A stretch of 32,000 nucleotides of DNA from positions 3,330,001 to 3,362,000 of the forward strand of contig CP060262.1 of assembly GCA_022646745.1 (NCBI GenBank), given 5' to 3'. Position numbers and translations under genes: made by a program. Numbering within the stretch: the stretch's first letter is position 1; each line of letters begins with the position of its first letter. The notes below the pieces were generated by a model that was given only the letters and a program-made list of their open reading frames with translations, was not told the origin of the DNA and did no database searches. Shown one piece after another: positions 15,794 to 25,657 of this stretch. The DNA comes from Planctomycetales bacterium. Lineage in GTDB: Bacteria; 4484-113; JAFGCY01.

Positions 15794-17109
15794 GGCAGCA
15801 GGATATCGATCACGGTCCGCCTGGCCGGCACATCCTCACCTTTGTTGAATTGGATCGCCTCGCGCAGTTCCGCCAGGATTTCCTCTTGTTCCTCCATCTG
15901 TTCGTTGCCGATGTACAGTCGAAACAGTTCAACTCCGGCTTCCACATGGTCTCCGATTGAGACATTGCAGACCAGCCCGGCGTCCTGCACGATGATGTCA
16001 TCCTGCTCAAGCCGGCCTGCCCCGCATCGCCTGGCTGCATTGCCGATTTCTGCACAGTCCATTCCGCTGACAACACCGCTGGTTTCCGCAAGCAGGGAAA
16101 CATGATGCACACCCTGCAGTTCCGACTCATCAGCGGGCAGGCGGCTGAGTTGTCCGCCCTGCGCGCGAACCCACTCCCGGAACTTGCTCTTCACATCACC
16201 GTTGTCAATCAGGCCATTTAGGTATTCGGCCGCCGTTTCAGTATCTCCGAACCTTTCCGCCAGCACCAGTTCCACGCTGCCCAGTGCCACGATCACTTCC
16301 CGCAGGTCAGGATAGTCCGCTGAACCCTCCAGCAGGCGCAGGATCTCCAGCACCTCGATCCGGTTGCCGACAGCCCGTCCGAGAGGCTGGTCCATGTCCG
16401 TGATCACACAGGCTACCTTCCGCCCCAGCGGGGCTCCGATGTCCATTGCCAGCCGGGCAAATGCGCGTGCCTCCTGTTCGTCGAGGAAGAATGCGCCGCT
16501 GCCGCACTTGACGTCCAGCACGATGTGCGGTGCCCCGGCTGCAATCTTTTTGCTCATCACGCTGGCTGCCACCAGCCCCAGTTCGCGCACGTTGTCAGTC
16601 GCGTCCCGCATTGCATAGAAGATCTTGTCCGCCGGTACGAGGTGCGCCGTCTGCCCGGCAATCGCGCAGCCCACGGTGGACAAGATGCAGCGGAATTCAT
16701 CCATTCCAAGGGCTGTGCGGAATCCCGGGATGCTCTCCAGCTTGTCGATGGTTCCCCCGGTATGCCCCAGTCCGCGGCCGCTCATCTTGGGCATTGCGAG
16801 TCCCGCACTGGCCACCAGCGGTGCCAGCCCGAGCGTGACCTTGTCCCCCACTCCGCCGGTGCTGTGCTTGTCCACCACGGGACGTGCTATCCCATCCCAG
16901 CTGAGGCTGTCCCCGCTGGCCACGAATGCGCCGGTCATGGATACAGTTTCAGGTACGGTCAGCTTTTCGTAGCACATCACCGTCAGCATTGTTGCTAGCT
17001 GGTAGTCCGGCACCTCTCCGGCAACCACCGCCGACACGAGCCACTGCATCTGTTCATCACTGATAGGCTCCCCCGACTTGCGCTGCTGGATCAGGTTGAG
17101 GATGTGCAT
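15790..17109 (-). CDS. pdp: Pyrimidine-nucleoside / thymidine phosphorylase
   Basis: Motifs DYQLATMLTV, KHSTGGVGDK and SGRGLGHTGGTIDKLE. The start at MHILNLIQQRKSG aligns with known N-termini; the ORF-track start of 17136 is probably too long. Confidence 0.9.
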   Translation of the reverse strand: MHILNLIQQRKSGEPISDEQMQWLVSAVVAGEVPDYQLATMLTVMCYEKLTVPETVSMTGAFVASGDSLSWDGIARPVVDKHSTGGVGDKVTLGLAPLVASAGLAMPKMSGRGLGHTGGTIDKLESIPGFRTALGMDEFRCILSTVGCAIAGQTAHLVPADKIFYAMRDATDNVRELGLVAASVMSKKIAAGAPHIVLDVKCGSGAFFLDEQEARAFARLAMDIGAPLGRKVACVITDMDQPLGRAVGNRIEVLEILRLLEGSADYPDLREVIVALGSVELVLAERFGDTETAAEYLNGLIDNGDVKSKFREWVRAQGGQLSRLPADESELQGVHHVSLLAETSGVVSGMDCAEIGNAARRCGAGRLEQDDIIVQDAGLVCNVSIGDHVEAGVELFRLYIGNEQMEEQEEILAELREAIQFNKGEDVPARRTVIDILLP

Positions 17110-17140
17110 TTCTCGTCCCTTGGGCCACCGTGGCATGCCT

Positions 17141-17146
17141 TAAAAT
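17141..17146 (+). promoter_or_regulatory. -10 box TAAAAT 6 nt upstream of ATG 17153 (leaderless-type)
   Basis: TAAAAT-ctggca-ATG read directly. Confidence 0.4.
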
Positions 17147-17152
17147 CTGGCA

Positions 17153-18091
17153 ATGAGTGACGCCAAGATCATAGTGCACGGAGGCGCTGGCACCATCCGT
17201 CCGAGGCTGTGGGCCGCATACCGCGAAGGCGCGCACGTGGCGGCCTGCATCGGGCAGCAGGTGCTCAACCGCGGGGGCTCAGCCCTGGAAGCGGTGATTG
17301 AGGCAGTCGTGAACATGGAGGATAACCCCGTGTTCAACTGCGGCACTGGGTCCTGCCTGACACTGGACGGCCGGGTTGAATGCGATGCCTTCGTCATGAC
17401 AAATGACATGCGCATCGGCGCGGTGTCCATCGTCACAAATGTTAAGAACCCCGTGCGGCTGGCCCGCATCGTGATGGACCACACCGTGCACCATGTGATC
17501 GCCGGTGAATCCACCAACCGACTGGCTGACGCACACGGGATCGAGAAGATCGACCCGCATGCCCTGATCGTTGATCGCCGCCGCCGCCGCTGGCAGGAGA
17601 TGATGGACCGCGGCCTTGAGTTCATGGTCGACCCGGAGCTGGAAGCCAGTGATGATCCAGCTGACCTGACTGATGAGGACGCGATGGATACCGTTGGCGC
17701 CTGCGCGGTGGACAAGGAAGGCAATGTCGCGGTCGCCGGCAGTACCGGCGGCATCATGCTCAAATATCCGGGCCGGATCGGCGACACGCCGATGCCTGGA
17801 GCAGGCAACTACGCTGGTCCTTCCGGCGCAGTGGCCTGCACCGGGCATGGAGAGGCGATCATGCGTGTCTGCCTGGCCAAGTACTGCTACGACCTGCTTG
17901 AACAAGGTGTTCCCGTAGCCGAAGCGACCAGCCGCAGCATCGCACACCTGACTGACAAGGTGAATGGCTTTGCCGGGCTGATTGCGATAGACTCCGCCGG
18001 CAACCGGGCCTGGGCCACCAGCACGCCGAACATCCCTGTCGGTGTAGCCGAAGGTGCTGTTGACATCAGCAACGGCCAGCAACCTGCTTAG
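17153..18091 (+). CDS. iaaA: Isoaspartyl peptidase / plant-type L-asparaginase (Ntn hydrolase)
   Basis: IIVHGGAG, MDTVGACAVD (autoprocessing Thr region), GSTGG, GRIGDTPMPGAG, TGHGEAIMR. Confidence 0.88.
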   Translation: MSDAKIIVHGGAGTIRPRLWAAYREGAHVAACIGQQVLNRGGSALEAVIEAVVNMEDNPVFNCGTGSCLTLDGRVECDAFVMTNDMRIGAVSIVTNVKNPVRLARIVMDHTVHHVIAGESTNRLADAHGIEKIDPHALIVDRRRRRWQEMMDRGLEFMVDPELEASDDPADLTDEDAMDTVGACAVDKEGNVAVAGSTGGIMLKYPGRIGDTPMPGAGNYAGPSGAVACTGHGEAIMRVCLAKYCYDLLEQGVPVAEATSRSIAHLTDKVNGFAGLIAIDSAGNRAWATSTPNIPVGVAEGAVDISNGQQPA

Positions 18092-18100
18092 GGCACAACA

Positions 18101-19603
18101 ATGAGGATCCTGCTCGTACCGCTAGACAGCCGACCGTCCAACACGCAGTTCCCCCAGCGACTGGCTGACATCGGCGGCTTCGAGCTGCTGATGCCAGCGC
18201 GCGCGAGCCTCGGCGGGCTGCACAGCGGGGCCGACGGGATCGAGCTTGCCCGCTACATCGCCGCCAATGCTGGCAACTGCGATGCCGTTGTGTTTTCCTG
18301 GGATGCCCTGCTTTACGGTGGCCTGATCCAGAGCCGCCAGCCCGAGAGGAGCTTCAACGGTGTCGAGGAGATCCGCGGCATCCTGTCCACCGTGGACTGG
18401 CAGAAGGTACGCGGCTACAGCTATGCCACCCTGCCCCGGCTCGGCATATCCGTTGCCAGCTCCGAGCAGTACGCAACCCATGAAACGGTGCGAGAGTACT
18501 TCATCCTCGCAGAGAGCGGTGGCAATGATGCCGGCGCTGACAAGCGGCTCTCCGAGTTGATGGACGCGCTCGGCACTGACACAGCTGATTCCCTGCTGCG
18601 CTGGCGCCGTCGCAACAGTGGCAACGTCGCTGAAGCGATGGCCGCCGCCGCCGGACTCGGCATGCGGCACTTGCACGTTGCCATCGAGGACAATGCCCGC
18701 CAGGGCCCGCACCTGCGTGAGGAACGGGAACTGAAGGAGCATTCGCTCAAGCTCGCTGCGGACGGCACGCCAACGAGCTTCTCCTTCTTTGACGGGGCGG
18801 ATGAATGTGCCTGCATGCTGCTGGCCAAGGCGGCCAGCGAGCTGTCCGGCAACAGGGTAAGCCAGCTGCAACTGACTGTCCATCCCAAGGTTCCCGGCGC
18901 TGACCAGTATTTCGGCCTGTATGAGTCACGCAGCCTCGGGGACGGACTGGTGGCACTGGGCCAGCTGTTGCATACGGAATATGTCTACGAGGACGCGCCA
19001 CTGCACTGGCTGGTAATCCATGGCGTCCAGCCTCAGCCGGATTACTTCCTCACTCCAAAGAACAAATACCGTGACAATCCCTTCCTGCTGCCGAAGCAGG
19101 TCGTAGGCAAGGCTCCACTGTTCATCACCGACCTGGCCTACTGCAACGGCAGCAACCCACTGATCAGCCAGCACATTTCGCGCATGCCGGACTGCTGGAT
19201 CAACGGGCTGGTCGGTTTCAACACCAACTTCAACAGCCTCGGTGTCAGTGCTGCCACGCTCAAGCTGATGCAGCTCGGGCAGAACAACCTGGCGGAACGC
19301 CGCTTCCTGCTGGAGCGACTGGCTGACGATGTGGTCTACCAGAGCATGGGCCGCTCGCAGGTGATCCGCTACCTGATGAAGCAGGAGCTGGACGTGCTGA
19401 ACTTCAGCAGTGCCCACATGCTGCAGAAGCAGGAATGCCTCAACATCGCCCGGCGTGCCTGGCTGGACTGGATCGAAGGCCCGGGCATCCCCGTGCTGGA
19501 GCGCAGCCGCATCAGTGCCAGGGCCGCCCATGCAGTGCAGTTCAGCTTTCCCTGGGAGCGCACCTTCGAGATCGAGGCCAGCGCTCCCGAGGTGGTCACG
19601 TGA
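18101..19603 (+). CDS. DUF4127 family protein
   Basis: The N-terminal MRILLVPLDSRPSN resembles the L.PLDeRPcN start I recall for DUF4127, and the length is about 500 aa. This call is from memory of the family, not from a search. Confidence 0.6.
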   Translation: MRILLVPLDSRPSNTQFPQRLADIGGFELLMPARASLGGLHSGADGIELARYIAANAGNCDAVVFSWDALLYGGLIQSRQPERSFNGVEEIRGILSTVDWQKVRGYSYATLPRLGISVASSEQYATHETVREYFILAESGGNDAGADKRLSELMDALGTDTADSLLRWRRRNSGNVAEAMAAAAGLGMRHLHVAIEDNARQGPHLREERELKEHSLKLAADGTPTSFSFFDGADECACMLLAKAASELSGNRVSQLQLTVHPKVPGADQYFGLYESRSLGDGLVALGQLLHTEYVYEDAPLHWLVIHGVQPQPDYFLTPKNKYRDNPFLLPKQVVGKAPLFITDLAYCNGSNPLISQHISRMPDCWINGLVGFNTNFNSLGVSAATLKLMQLGQNNLAERRFLLERLADDVVYQSMGRSQVIRYLMKQELDVLNFSSAHMLQKQECLNIARRAWLDWIEGPGIPVLERSRISARAAHAVQFSFPWERTFEIEASAPEVVT

Positions 19604-20877
19604 GCAGTCCGGACCTGCTCGGCTACTCCGATGAGATCGATGTGCTGGTCGTCGGAGCCGGCATGGCGGGCTGCAGCGCGGCTATCGCGGCGAAACGCAC
19701 CGGAGCCCGCGTACTGCTGATTGAGAAGAGCAACTACCCCGGTGGCAATGCCACCCGTGCGATGGTCGCCCCCTGGCAGAGCTACCATGCCTGTGTTGCC
19801 AACCTGGACGGCAGCCTGCCGAAGCAGGTGATCGGGGGCATCGCCCAGGAGTTCGTGGATGACCTGGTCTCCATCGGCGCCAGCACAGGGCACATCACTG
19901 ACCCGATCGGCTTTGCTGGCAGCATCACCCCGGTTGACCCGGACCGCCTGAAGCTGTACCTCGTTGGCAAGCTTGAGGCAGAAGGTGTGCCTCTGGCACT
20001 GGGCACTGAATACAACACTGGATTCTCCGTAACAGCCCGGCAGATTGTCGACGCCAGTGGCAATGCCTCAGCGACGCGCGGGCTGGGTGCGGAGTACATC
20101 ACGCCGGGAAATCCACAGCCGATGACCTGGATGTTCACAATGACAGGCGTTGACTATTGCGCTGTGCGGGAGCAGCAGCTCCAGCATCCCGACCAGTTCG
20201 TCCTGCATCCCGCTTTTGCGAGTCTGCCGGAAGAGCACATCGCCGTGAGCGGCTTCTTTGATCTTGTGCGGGACGCCACTGCGCGGGGTGACTGGACCCT
20301 GCCGCGCGACCGCCTGTTGTTCTTCAGCACCCCAAATCCGGGAGAGGTGCTCATCAACACTACCAGGATCGCAGCGGACCACCCGAATCCGCATGCCGAA
20401 GGCCTGCGCCAGATCCAGGAGCTTGTACGATTCCTGCCGGAACATGTGCCCGGCTTCGCCAATACCAGACTTGGCCGCATTGCAGACGTTGTCGGCCAGC
20501 GCGAAAGCTACCGCTTGGAAGGCACAGCCCGTCTGGGCGTTGCCGATATCACCTCCGGATCGGTTTTTCCTGATGCGATTGCACGTGGCTGTTATCCCGT
20601 CGATATACATGGCGCCAGCAGTTCCGTGCTGGAAACAGATGAAGTCGGTGGGCATGGATGGTATGACATACCTCTCGGTGCGATCCTGTCCCGGGACCAT
20701 GGAAACCTGCTTGCAGCAGGCCGCTGCATCAGCGCCGATCGCGAGGGCTTTGCCAGCGCGCGTGTGCTGCCGATAGCGATGGCTACCGGCCAGGCTGCGG
20801 GCATGGTTGCCGCATGGCGGGCACTTGGAGAGAAAGTTGATACATCAGCTTGCCTTTCACTTGTTTCGCTGGTATAA
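19600..20877 (+). CDS. FAD-dependent oxidoreductase (GIDA/FAD_oxidored-like)
   Basis: Dinucleotide-binding motif DVLVVGAGMAGCSAAIAAKRTGARVLLIEK..YPGGN. GTG 19600 overlaps the DUF4127 stop (GTGA). The ORF-track start of 19435 lies inside the upstream gene. Confidence 0.8.
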   Translation: MSSPDLLGYSDEIDVLVVGAGMAGCSAAIAAKRTGARVLLIEKSNYPGGNATRAMVAPWQSYHACVANLDGSLPKQVIGGIAQEFVDDLVSIGASTGHITDPIGFAGSITPVDPDRLKLYLVGKLEAEGVPLALGTEYNTGFSVTARQIVDASGNASATRGLGAEYITPGNPQPMTWMFTMTGVDYCAVREQQLQHPDQFVLHPAFASLPEEHIAVSGFFDLVRDATARGDWTLPRDRLLFFSTPNPGEVLINTTRIAADHPNPHAEGLRQIQELVRFLPEHVPGFANTRLGRIADVVGQRESYRLEGTARLGVADITSGSVFPDAIARGCYPVDIHGASSSVLETDEVGGHGWYDIPLGAILSRDHGNLLAAGRCISADREGFASARVLPIAMATGQAAGMVAAWRALGEKVDTSACLSLVSLV

Positions 20878-20883
20878 AGTTCT

Positions 20884-20903
20884 GTCCCAAAGACATTTGG
20901 GAC
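20884..20903 (+). terminator. Hairpin GTCCCAAA-GACA-TTTGGGAC 6 nt after the oxidoreductase stop
   Basis: Perfect 8-bp stem with no following T-tract. Confidence 0.3.
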
Positions 20904-21106
20904 TGGTTAAATGGGATTAATGAACAATCGAAAATCTCCTGGGTAGGGTTGAAGCACTGGGTCACAGTCTCCTGTCTTATACAGACACTATGAACCCCAG
21001 CAAGATTTTCCGGTGGGTCGCATTGAATTCGTAGAAGAGGAATCGCGTCACGTTCGTGCGCGCGCATTCACATCTAAACCTGCAACTGCAGGACGGAGGA
21101 GATAGA

Positions 21107-22294
<1,188 letters not shown>

Positions 22295-22314
22295 GAATCA
22301 CAACCGACCAACAC

Positions 22315-22345
22315 GGCCGTCCCCACGGGGGCGGCCATTTTTTTT
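22315..22345 (+). terminator. Rho-independent terminator of rpoD
   Basis: GGCCGTCCC-CACG-GGGGCGGCC gives a 9-bp GC-rich stem, followed by A and T8. Confidence 0.85.
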
Positions 22346-22349
22346 GAGC

Positions 22350-22355
22350 TAGAAT
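22350..22355 (+). promoter_or_regulatory. -10 box TAGAAT 7 nt upstream of TTG 22363
   Basis: TAGAAT-cagagcc-TTG read directly, immediately after the rpoD terminator. Confidence 0.35.
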
Positions 22356-22362
22356 CAGAGCC

Positions 22363-22887
22363 TTGAGCGGACGGTCAAACCCCCGGCATAACATCACCTT
22401 CTGCGGCTTCCATGCAACCGGCAAGAGCTCCGTGGCGCATGTGGTCGCCAGGCGCATGCGCCGGCAGCTGGCTGATTTTTCCGATGAGGTGGAACGCCGC
22501 AGCCGGCTGAACCTCTACACCATTGCCAGGATCGGCCGTAAGCCTGAACAGGAGGATGTGGAAACAAAACTGATCTCTGACTTGTCCTACAGGCGGGAGA
22601 CGGTGGTTGCACTGGACTGCGCCAGTGAGCTGTACCAGGAGGCGGTCGAGGCGATGGGTGAGGTTTCATACCTCGTGTTGCTGGACCCGCCATTTGATGC
22701 TATCTGGCAGCGCATGCAGTTCGACCCCCGCTACCGGGCGCAATGTGAGCGCCTCGGGAGGACAGGAATGTACGAGAAATGGCAGTCACAGGCCTACACA
22801 CGGGACAGTGCCGACCTTGTCATCACTGATGGCAGCCTCTCCATCCTCGATGCATCACGGCTCGTGCTGCACTGCTTCTTCACATGA
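22363..22887 (+). CDS. Divergent P-loop kinase, shikimate-kinase-like
   Basis: Walker A GFHATGKS at the N-terminus, about 170 aa, overall AroK-like layout (LADFSDEVERR). I do not see the shikimate-binding GGG motif. TTG is the only upstream start. Confidence 0.5.
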   Translation: MSGRSNPRHNITFCGFHATGKSSVAHVVARRMRRQLADFSDEVERRSRLNLYTIARIGRKPEQEDVETKLISDLSYRRETVVALDCASELYQEAVEAMGEVSYLVLLDPPFDAIWQRMQFDPRYRAQCERLGRTGMYEKWQSQAYTRDSADLVITDGSLSILDASRLVLHCFFT

Positions 22888-24068
22888 ACTACGAGCTGCC
22901 TGAAAGCTTCTACAGCGAGCGCAAGCGCCGCAGCCTGAACCTGCGACGGCTGCGGGTCTGGTCCATCCTCGTTCTTCTGTTCTGCGTTGCCAACCTGTTC
23001 ACTCCCTATGGACTGATCAGGCGCAACCGCATCTCCGCTGAATTCCCCAACAGTGAGTTCGGCATCCAGCGGGCCTACATCACTGAGGGACGGGAACTGG
23101 TACTTGAGCGCAGGGGTTACGTGGACAGGATGTCAAAGTACGGCTATGACCGCGAGCTTGAACTGTCCGCGTATCGCGAGCACGACTTCTTCAGCGGTAT
23201 TCACGTTGACAGCAATCCCTCGATCTCTTCGCAGTACCGCACTATTGGCGTGGTGCTGGACATCAAGCCCGGCCTGCTGACACTGGAAAAGATCCGCCAC
23301 TCCTCTCACCGCCTGCGCGGCAAGCAGCCTGCGAATGACAGGACCGATACCGGTACGGTGCTGAATGAGGAGGGCGAGGCCGACATCCGCAGCCTAAAGG
23401 AAGTTCACTACGAGGAGCCCCCAATTGACAACCTGCAGCTGCGCTTCATTTCCGAGGATGCCCCGGACCCGATTGTGCTGCTGCCCGGCCACCAGTACCT
23501 GCCCTTCAAGGATGCTCATTGCTATACGGATGAGCTGCTCGGAGAGCAGTACCAATCAGGAACGCTCTACATCACTACGGATGCCCAGCGCTACCTGCAC
23601 CGCATCGAGATCCATGCTGGCCAGGATGAGGATAAGCGGGCCATGCGGCTAGTGACCGTCAGTCTGGCTGACTTAGCACTGGAGCGCCACTTTGACAGCA
23701 GCCTGCTGCATGACCCGGACCGGCCAGAGCTGATACTGCTCAATTCAGATGGTGGCTACTACCGTTTCGATGACCAGTCGCTGGCGTTACTGGATTCCCG
23801 GGTGCTGGATGGGAACTGGCAACGTGAGTATGCCTCCCTGTTCCAGTCGACCGGCTTCTATAGTGAGGACTTCGGCATTCCGCTGGACCGGGTGCAGGCC
23901 TTCCGCATCTATCGCGTACTGGCGGTGCTGCTGCTCCTTTCACTGATCCTGTTGATCCTTGGTTACATGCCCGGCACAGGCCCTGACGCTGCAGACGATC
24001 AGGATGTGGAGAACCCTGACAGTCCAGCGACAGAACCGGAAATCACAGTGTCGCAGCTGCGTCCGTGA
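22884..24068 (+). CDS. Hypothetical membrane-anchored protein (N- and C-terminal TM helices), no recognised domain
   Basis: ATGA overlap with the upstream kinase-like gene. TM1 is VWSILVLLFCVANLF and the C-terminal TM is VLAVLLLLSLILLILGY. Codon usage resembles the neighbours. Confidence 0.6.
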   Translation: MNYELPESFYSERKRRSLNLRRLRVWSILVLLFCVANLFTPYGLIRRNRISAEFPNSEFGIQRAYITEGRELVLERRGYVDRMSKYGYDRELELSAYREHDFFSGIHVDSNPSISSQYRTIGVVLDIKPGLLTLEKIRHSSHRLRGKQPANDRTDTGTVLNEEGEADIRSLKEVHYEEPPIDNLQLRFISEDAPDPIVLLPGHQYLPFKDAHCYTDELLGEQYQSGTLYITTDAQRYLHRIEIHAGQDEDKRAMRLVTVSLADLALERHFDSSLLHDPDRPELILLNSDGGYYRFDDQSLALLDSRVLDGNWQREYASLFQSTGFYSEDFGIPLDRVQAFRIYRVLAVLLLLSLILLILGYMPGTGPDAADDQDVENPDSPATEPEITVSQLRP

Positions 24069-24675
24069 GCACCGCACGGCAGGGTGCGGCCTCGGCCCTG
24101 TCCAGCTTTAGCGGCAGGCATGTGAGGCGGTACAGTCCCGGCTTCACACCTGCCAGGCAAAGATGCTCAAGCAACAGGAAGCCTGCACCAAGAAGTACGT
24201 GATGCACCGGAAAGCTTCCATCCCCGTCGCGCTCGACGGACAGGTAGTCAATTCCCACAAGCCTGGCCTGCCTGGATACAAGGAATCGGGCAGCATCCAC
24301 AGTCAGGGCTGGATGCTCAGCAACATAGTCGCCATCCCCAAGTTCAGATGCATCCGTCAGCAGGAGCACTGCCGTATCGTCCCGGGATAAACGCGCCTCG
24401 AGATGTTCTGCATAGATGTCTTGCATTTCCCTGCAATCAATCACCTCGGCCAGCGGATTGAATGCCTCCAGCGGGAAGTCACCGATCTGTGCCCCGCCCG
24501 CAATGAAATGCCGGGGTGCGTCAAGGTGCGTACCGCAATGGCTATGCATGCTGATGCTCGTGAACGAGTATTCATCCCCCCTGTCCACGTTCGGGCCGCG
24601 CTTCATCACAAACGGCGGGTCCCCCGGGTAGCCAGCCATGCCGCTGCGCATCAGCCTGCTGATGTCAATCATCAT
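24043..24675 (-). CDS. Cyclase-family protein / kynurenine formamidase-like
   Basis: HSHCGTHLDAPRHF matches the putative-cyclase (PF04199-type) H.GTH.DaP.H motif; 210 aa. TATGCT (24687-24682) lies 6 nt upstream of the ATG. Confidence 0.8.
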   Translation of the reverse strand: MMIDISRLMRSGMAGYPGDPPFVMKRGPNVDRGDEYSFTSISMHSHCGTHLDAPRHFIAGGAQIGDFPLEAFNPLAEVIDCREMQDIYAEHLEARLSRDDTAVLLLTDASELGDGDYVAEHPALTVDAARFLVSRQARLVGIDYLSVERDGDGSFPVHHVLLGAGFLLLEHLCLAGVKPGLYRLTCLPLKLDRAEAAPCRAVLTDAAATL

Positions 24676-24716
24676 CGCAGAAGCATATCAGCCAGCGTTT
24701 TCCACTCCCGGTGCAA

Positions 24717-24734
24717 CCAGCAGGCCCCTGCTGG
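24717..24734. promoter_or_regulatory. 8-2-8 palindrome CCAGCAGG-CC-CCTGCTGG in the divergent cyclase / FHA promoter region
   Basis: Read directly. It lies between the two start-proximal -10 boxes (24682-24687 and 24745-24750). Confidence 0.25.
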
Positions 24735-24757
24735 GGTCATAACTTATGATACTCACG

Positions 24758-25657
24758 ATGGTGTTTCTCCTATATAACAAGGTCCTGCTGCGGATCCTCG
24801 TGGCAATCTGCGGCATTGGAGTGGGACTGGCCACATGGCAGTACCTCGCGCTGTCCAGTGCCAAACTCGGCCGGCAGGGCATGGTTGATGCCTTCGCAAT
24901 CATCAGCTTCGTGATCGCGGCGTGGCTGATCATGCTGACTGCAGAGGTGGTGGACAACCACTATGTGCGGGCCTTCGCCTGCCTCAGCATGCTGCTTGGC
25001 TGCGGCGTCAGCTACAAGTGGATATTCGTGCTGGACGGCCCCACTCTCAGGGCCCTGCCCGGTGGACCGCAGGGGATGTCCATCGTCACACTCGGCTTCA
25101 TGCTGGCGTTGCTGCTCAGCCTGTTCATGTTCGTGATCCTTGTGATGCGCCTGGTACGCGATAAGCAGAACCTCGGACGCCTGCCGAATGCCGCCGAACG
25201 CATGGACCAGGTGCTGGCCGGAGCTTCCACTAGTGCCGCATCTGCAATGAAAAAACCTGCCGAACTGGAGCCGATCCCGCTGGACAGTTCACCAATCACT
25301 GCTGCTTCATCCAGCAGTGCCATAACCCCCGCTCCTGCACAATCTGACAGGACCCCTGCCCCGGTTTCCAAGCTCGTTGGCATCGGAGGACTGTACCTCG
25401 GTACTGAGTTTGACCTAGGACCAGGTGAACATGGCATCGGCCGGGCCGACGCCCCGATCCTGCTTGACAAGGACAACCAGGTCAGCCGCAGCCATGCATT
25501 CATCACGGTTGACGATGCCGGCATGGCCAGCCTGCATGACAACGGCAGCACCAATGGCACCTTCCTCAACAATCAGAAGGTGGACAAGACAGATCTCTGC
25601 CCCGGAGACGTGATCCGCATCGGCACCACCCAGTTCCGCCTGGAGGGCCGTTCCTGA
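24758..25657 (+). CDS. Four-TM membrane protein with a C-terminal FHA domain
   Basis: Four hydrophobic helices, then a Ser/Ala/Pro-rich linker, then an FHA signature (IGRADAPILLDKDNQVSRSHA...NGSTNGTFLNNQKV). TATGAT (24745-24750) lies 7 nt before ATG 24758; ATG 24746 is an alternative. Confidence 0.8.
   Translation: MVFLLYNKVLLRILVAICGIGVGLATWQYLALSSAKLGRQGMVDAFAIISFVIAAWLIMLTAEVVDNHYVRAFACLSMLLGCGVSYKWIFVLDGPTLRALPGGPQGMSIVTLGFMLALLLSLFMFVILVMRLVRDKQNLGRLPNAAERMDQVLAGASTSAASAMKKPAELEPIPLDSSPITAASSSSAITPAPAQSDRTPAPVSKLVGIGGLYLGTEFDLGPGEHGIGRADAPILLDKDNQVSRSHAFITVDDAGMASLHDNGSTNGTFLNNQKVDKTDLCPGDVIRIGTTQFRLEGRS

Noticed and set aside
20783-21067. 94-aa minus-strand ORF in the region upstream of rpoD, and a possible ncRNA in the lower-GC 229-nt spacer.
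   Set aside because: The ORF overlaps the 3' end of the oxidoreductase gene and has no start context or motif. I found a hairpin (20884-20903) and short palindromes (TGCGCGCGCA, CCTGCA-ac-TGCAGG) but nothing resembling a known RNA family. This remains an unexplained spacer rather than a supported feature.
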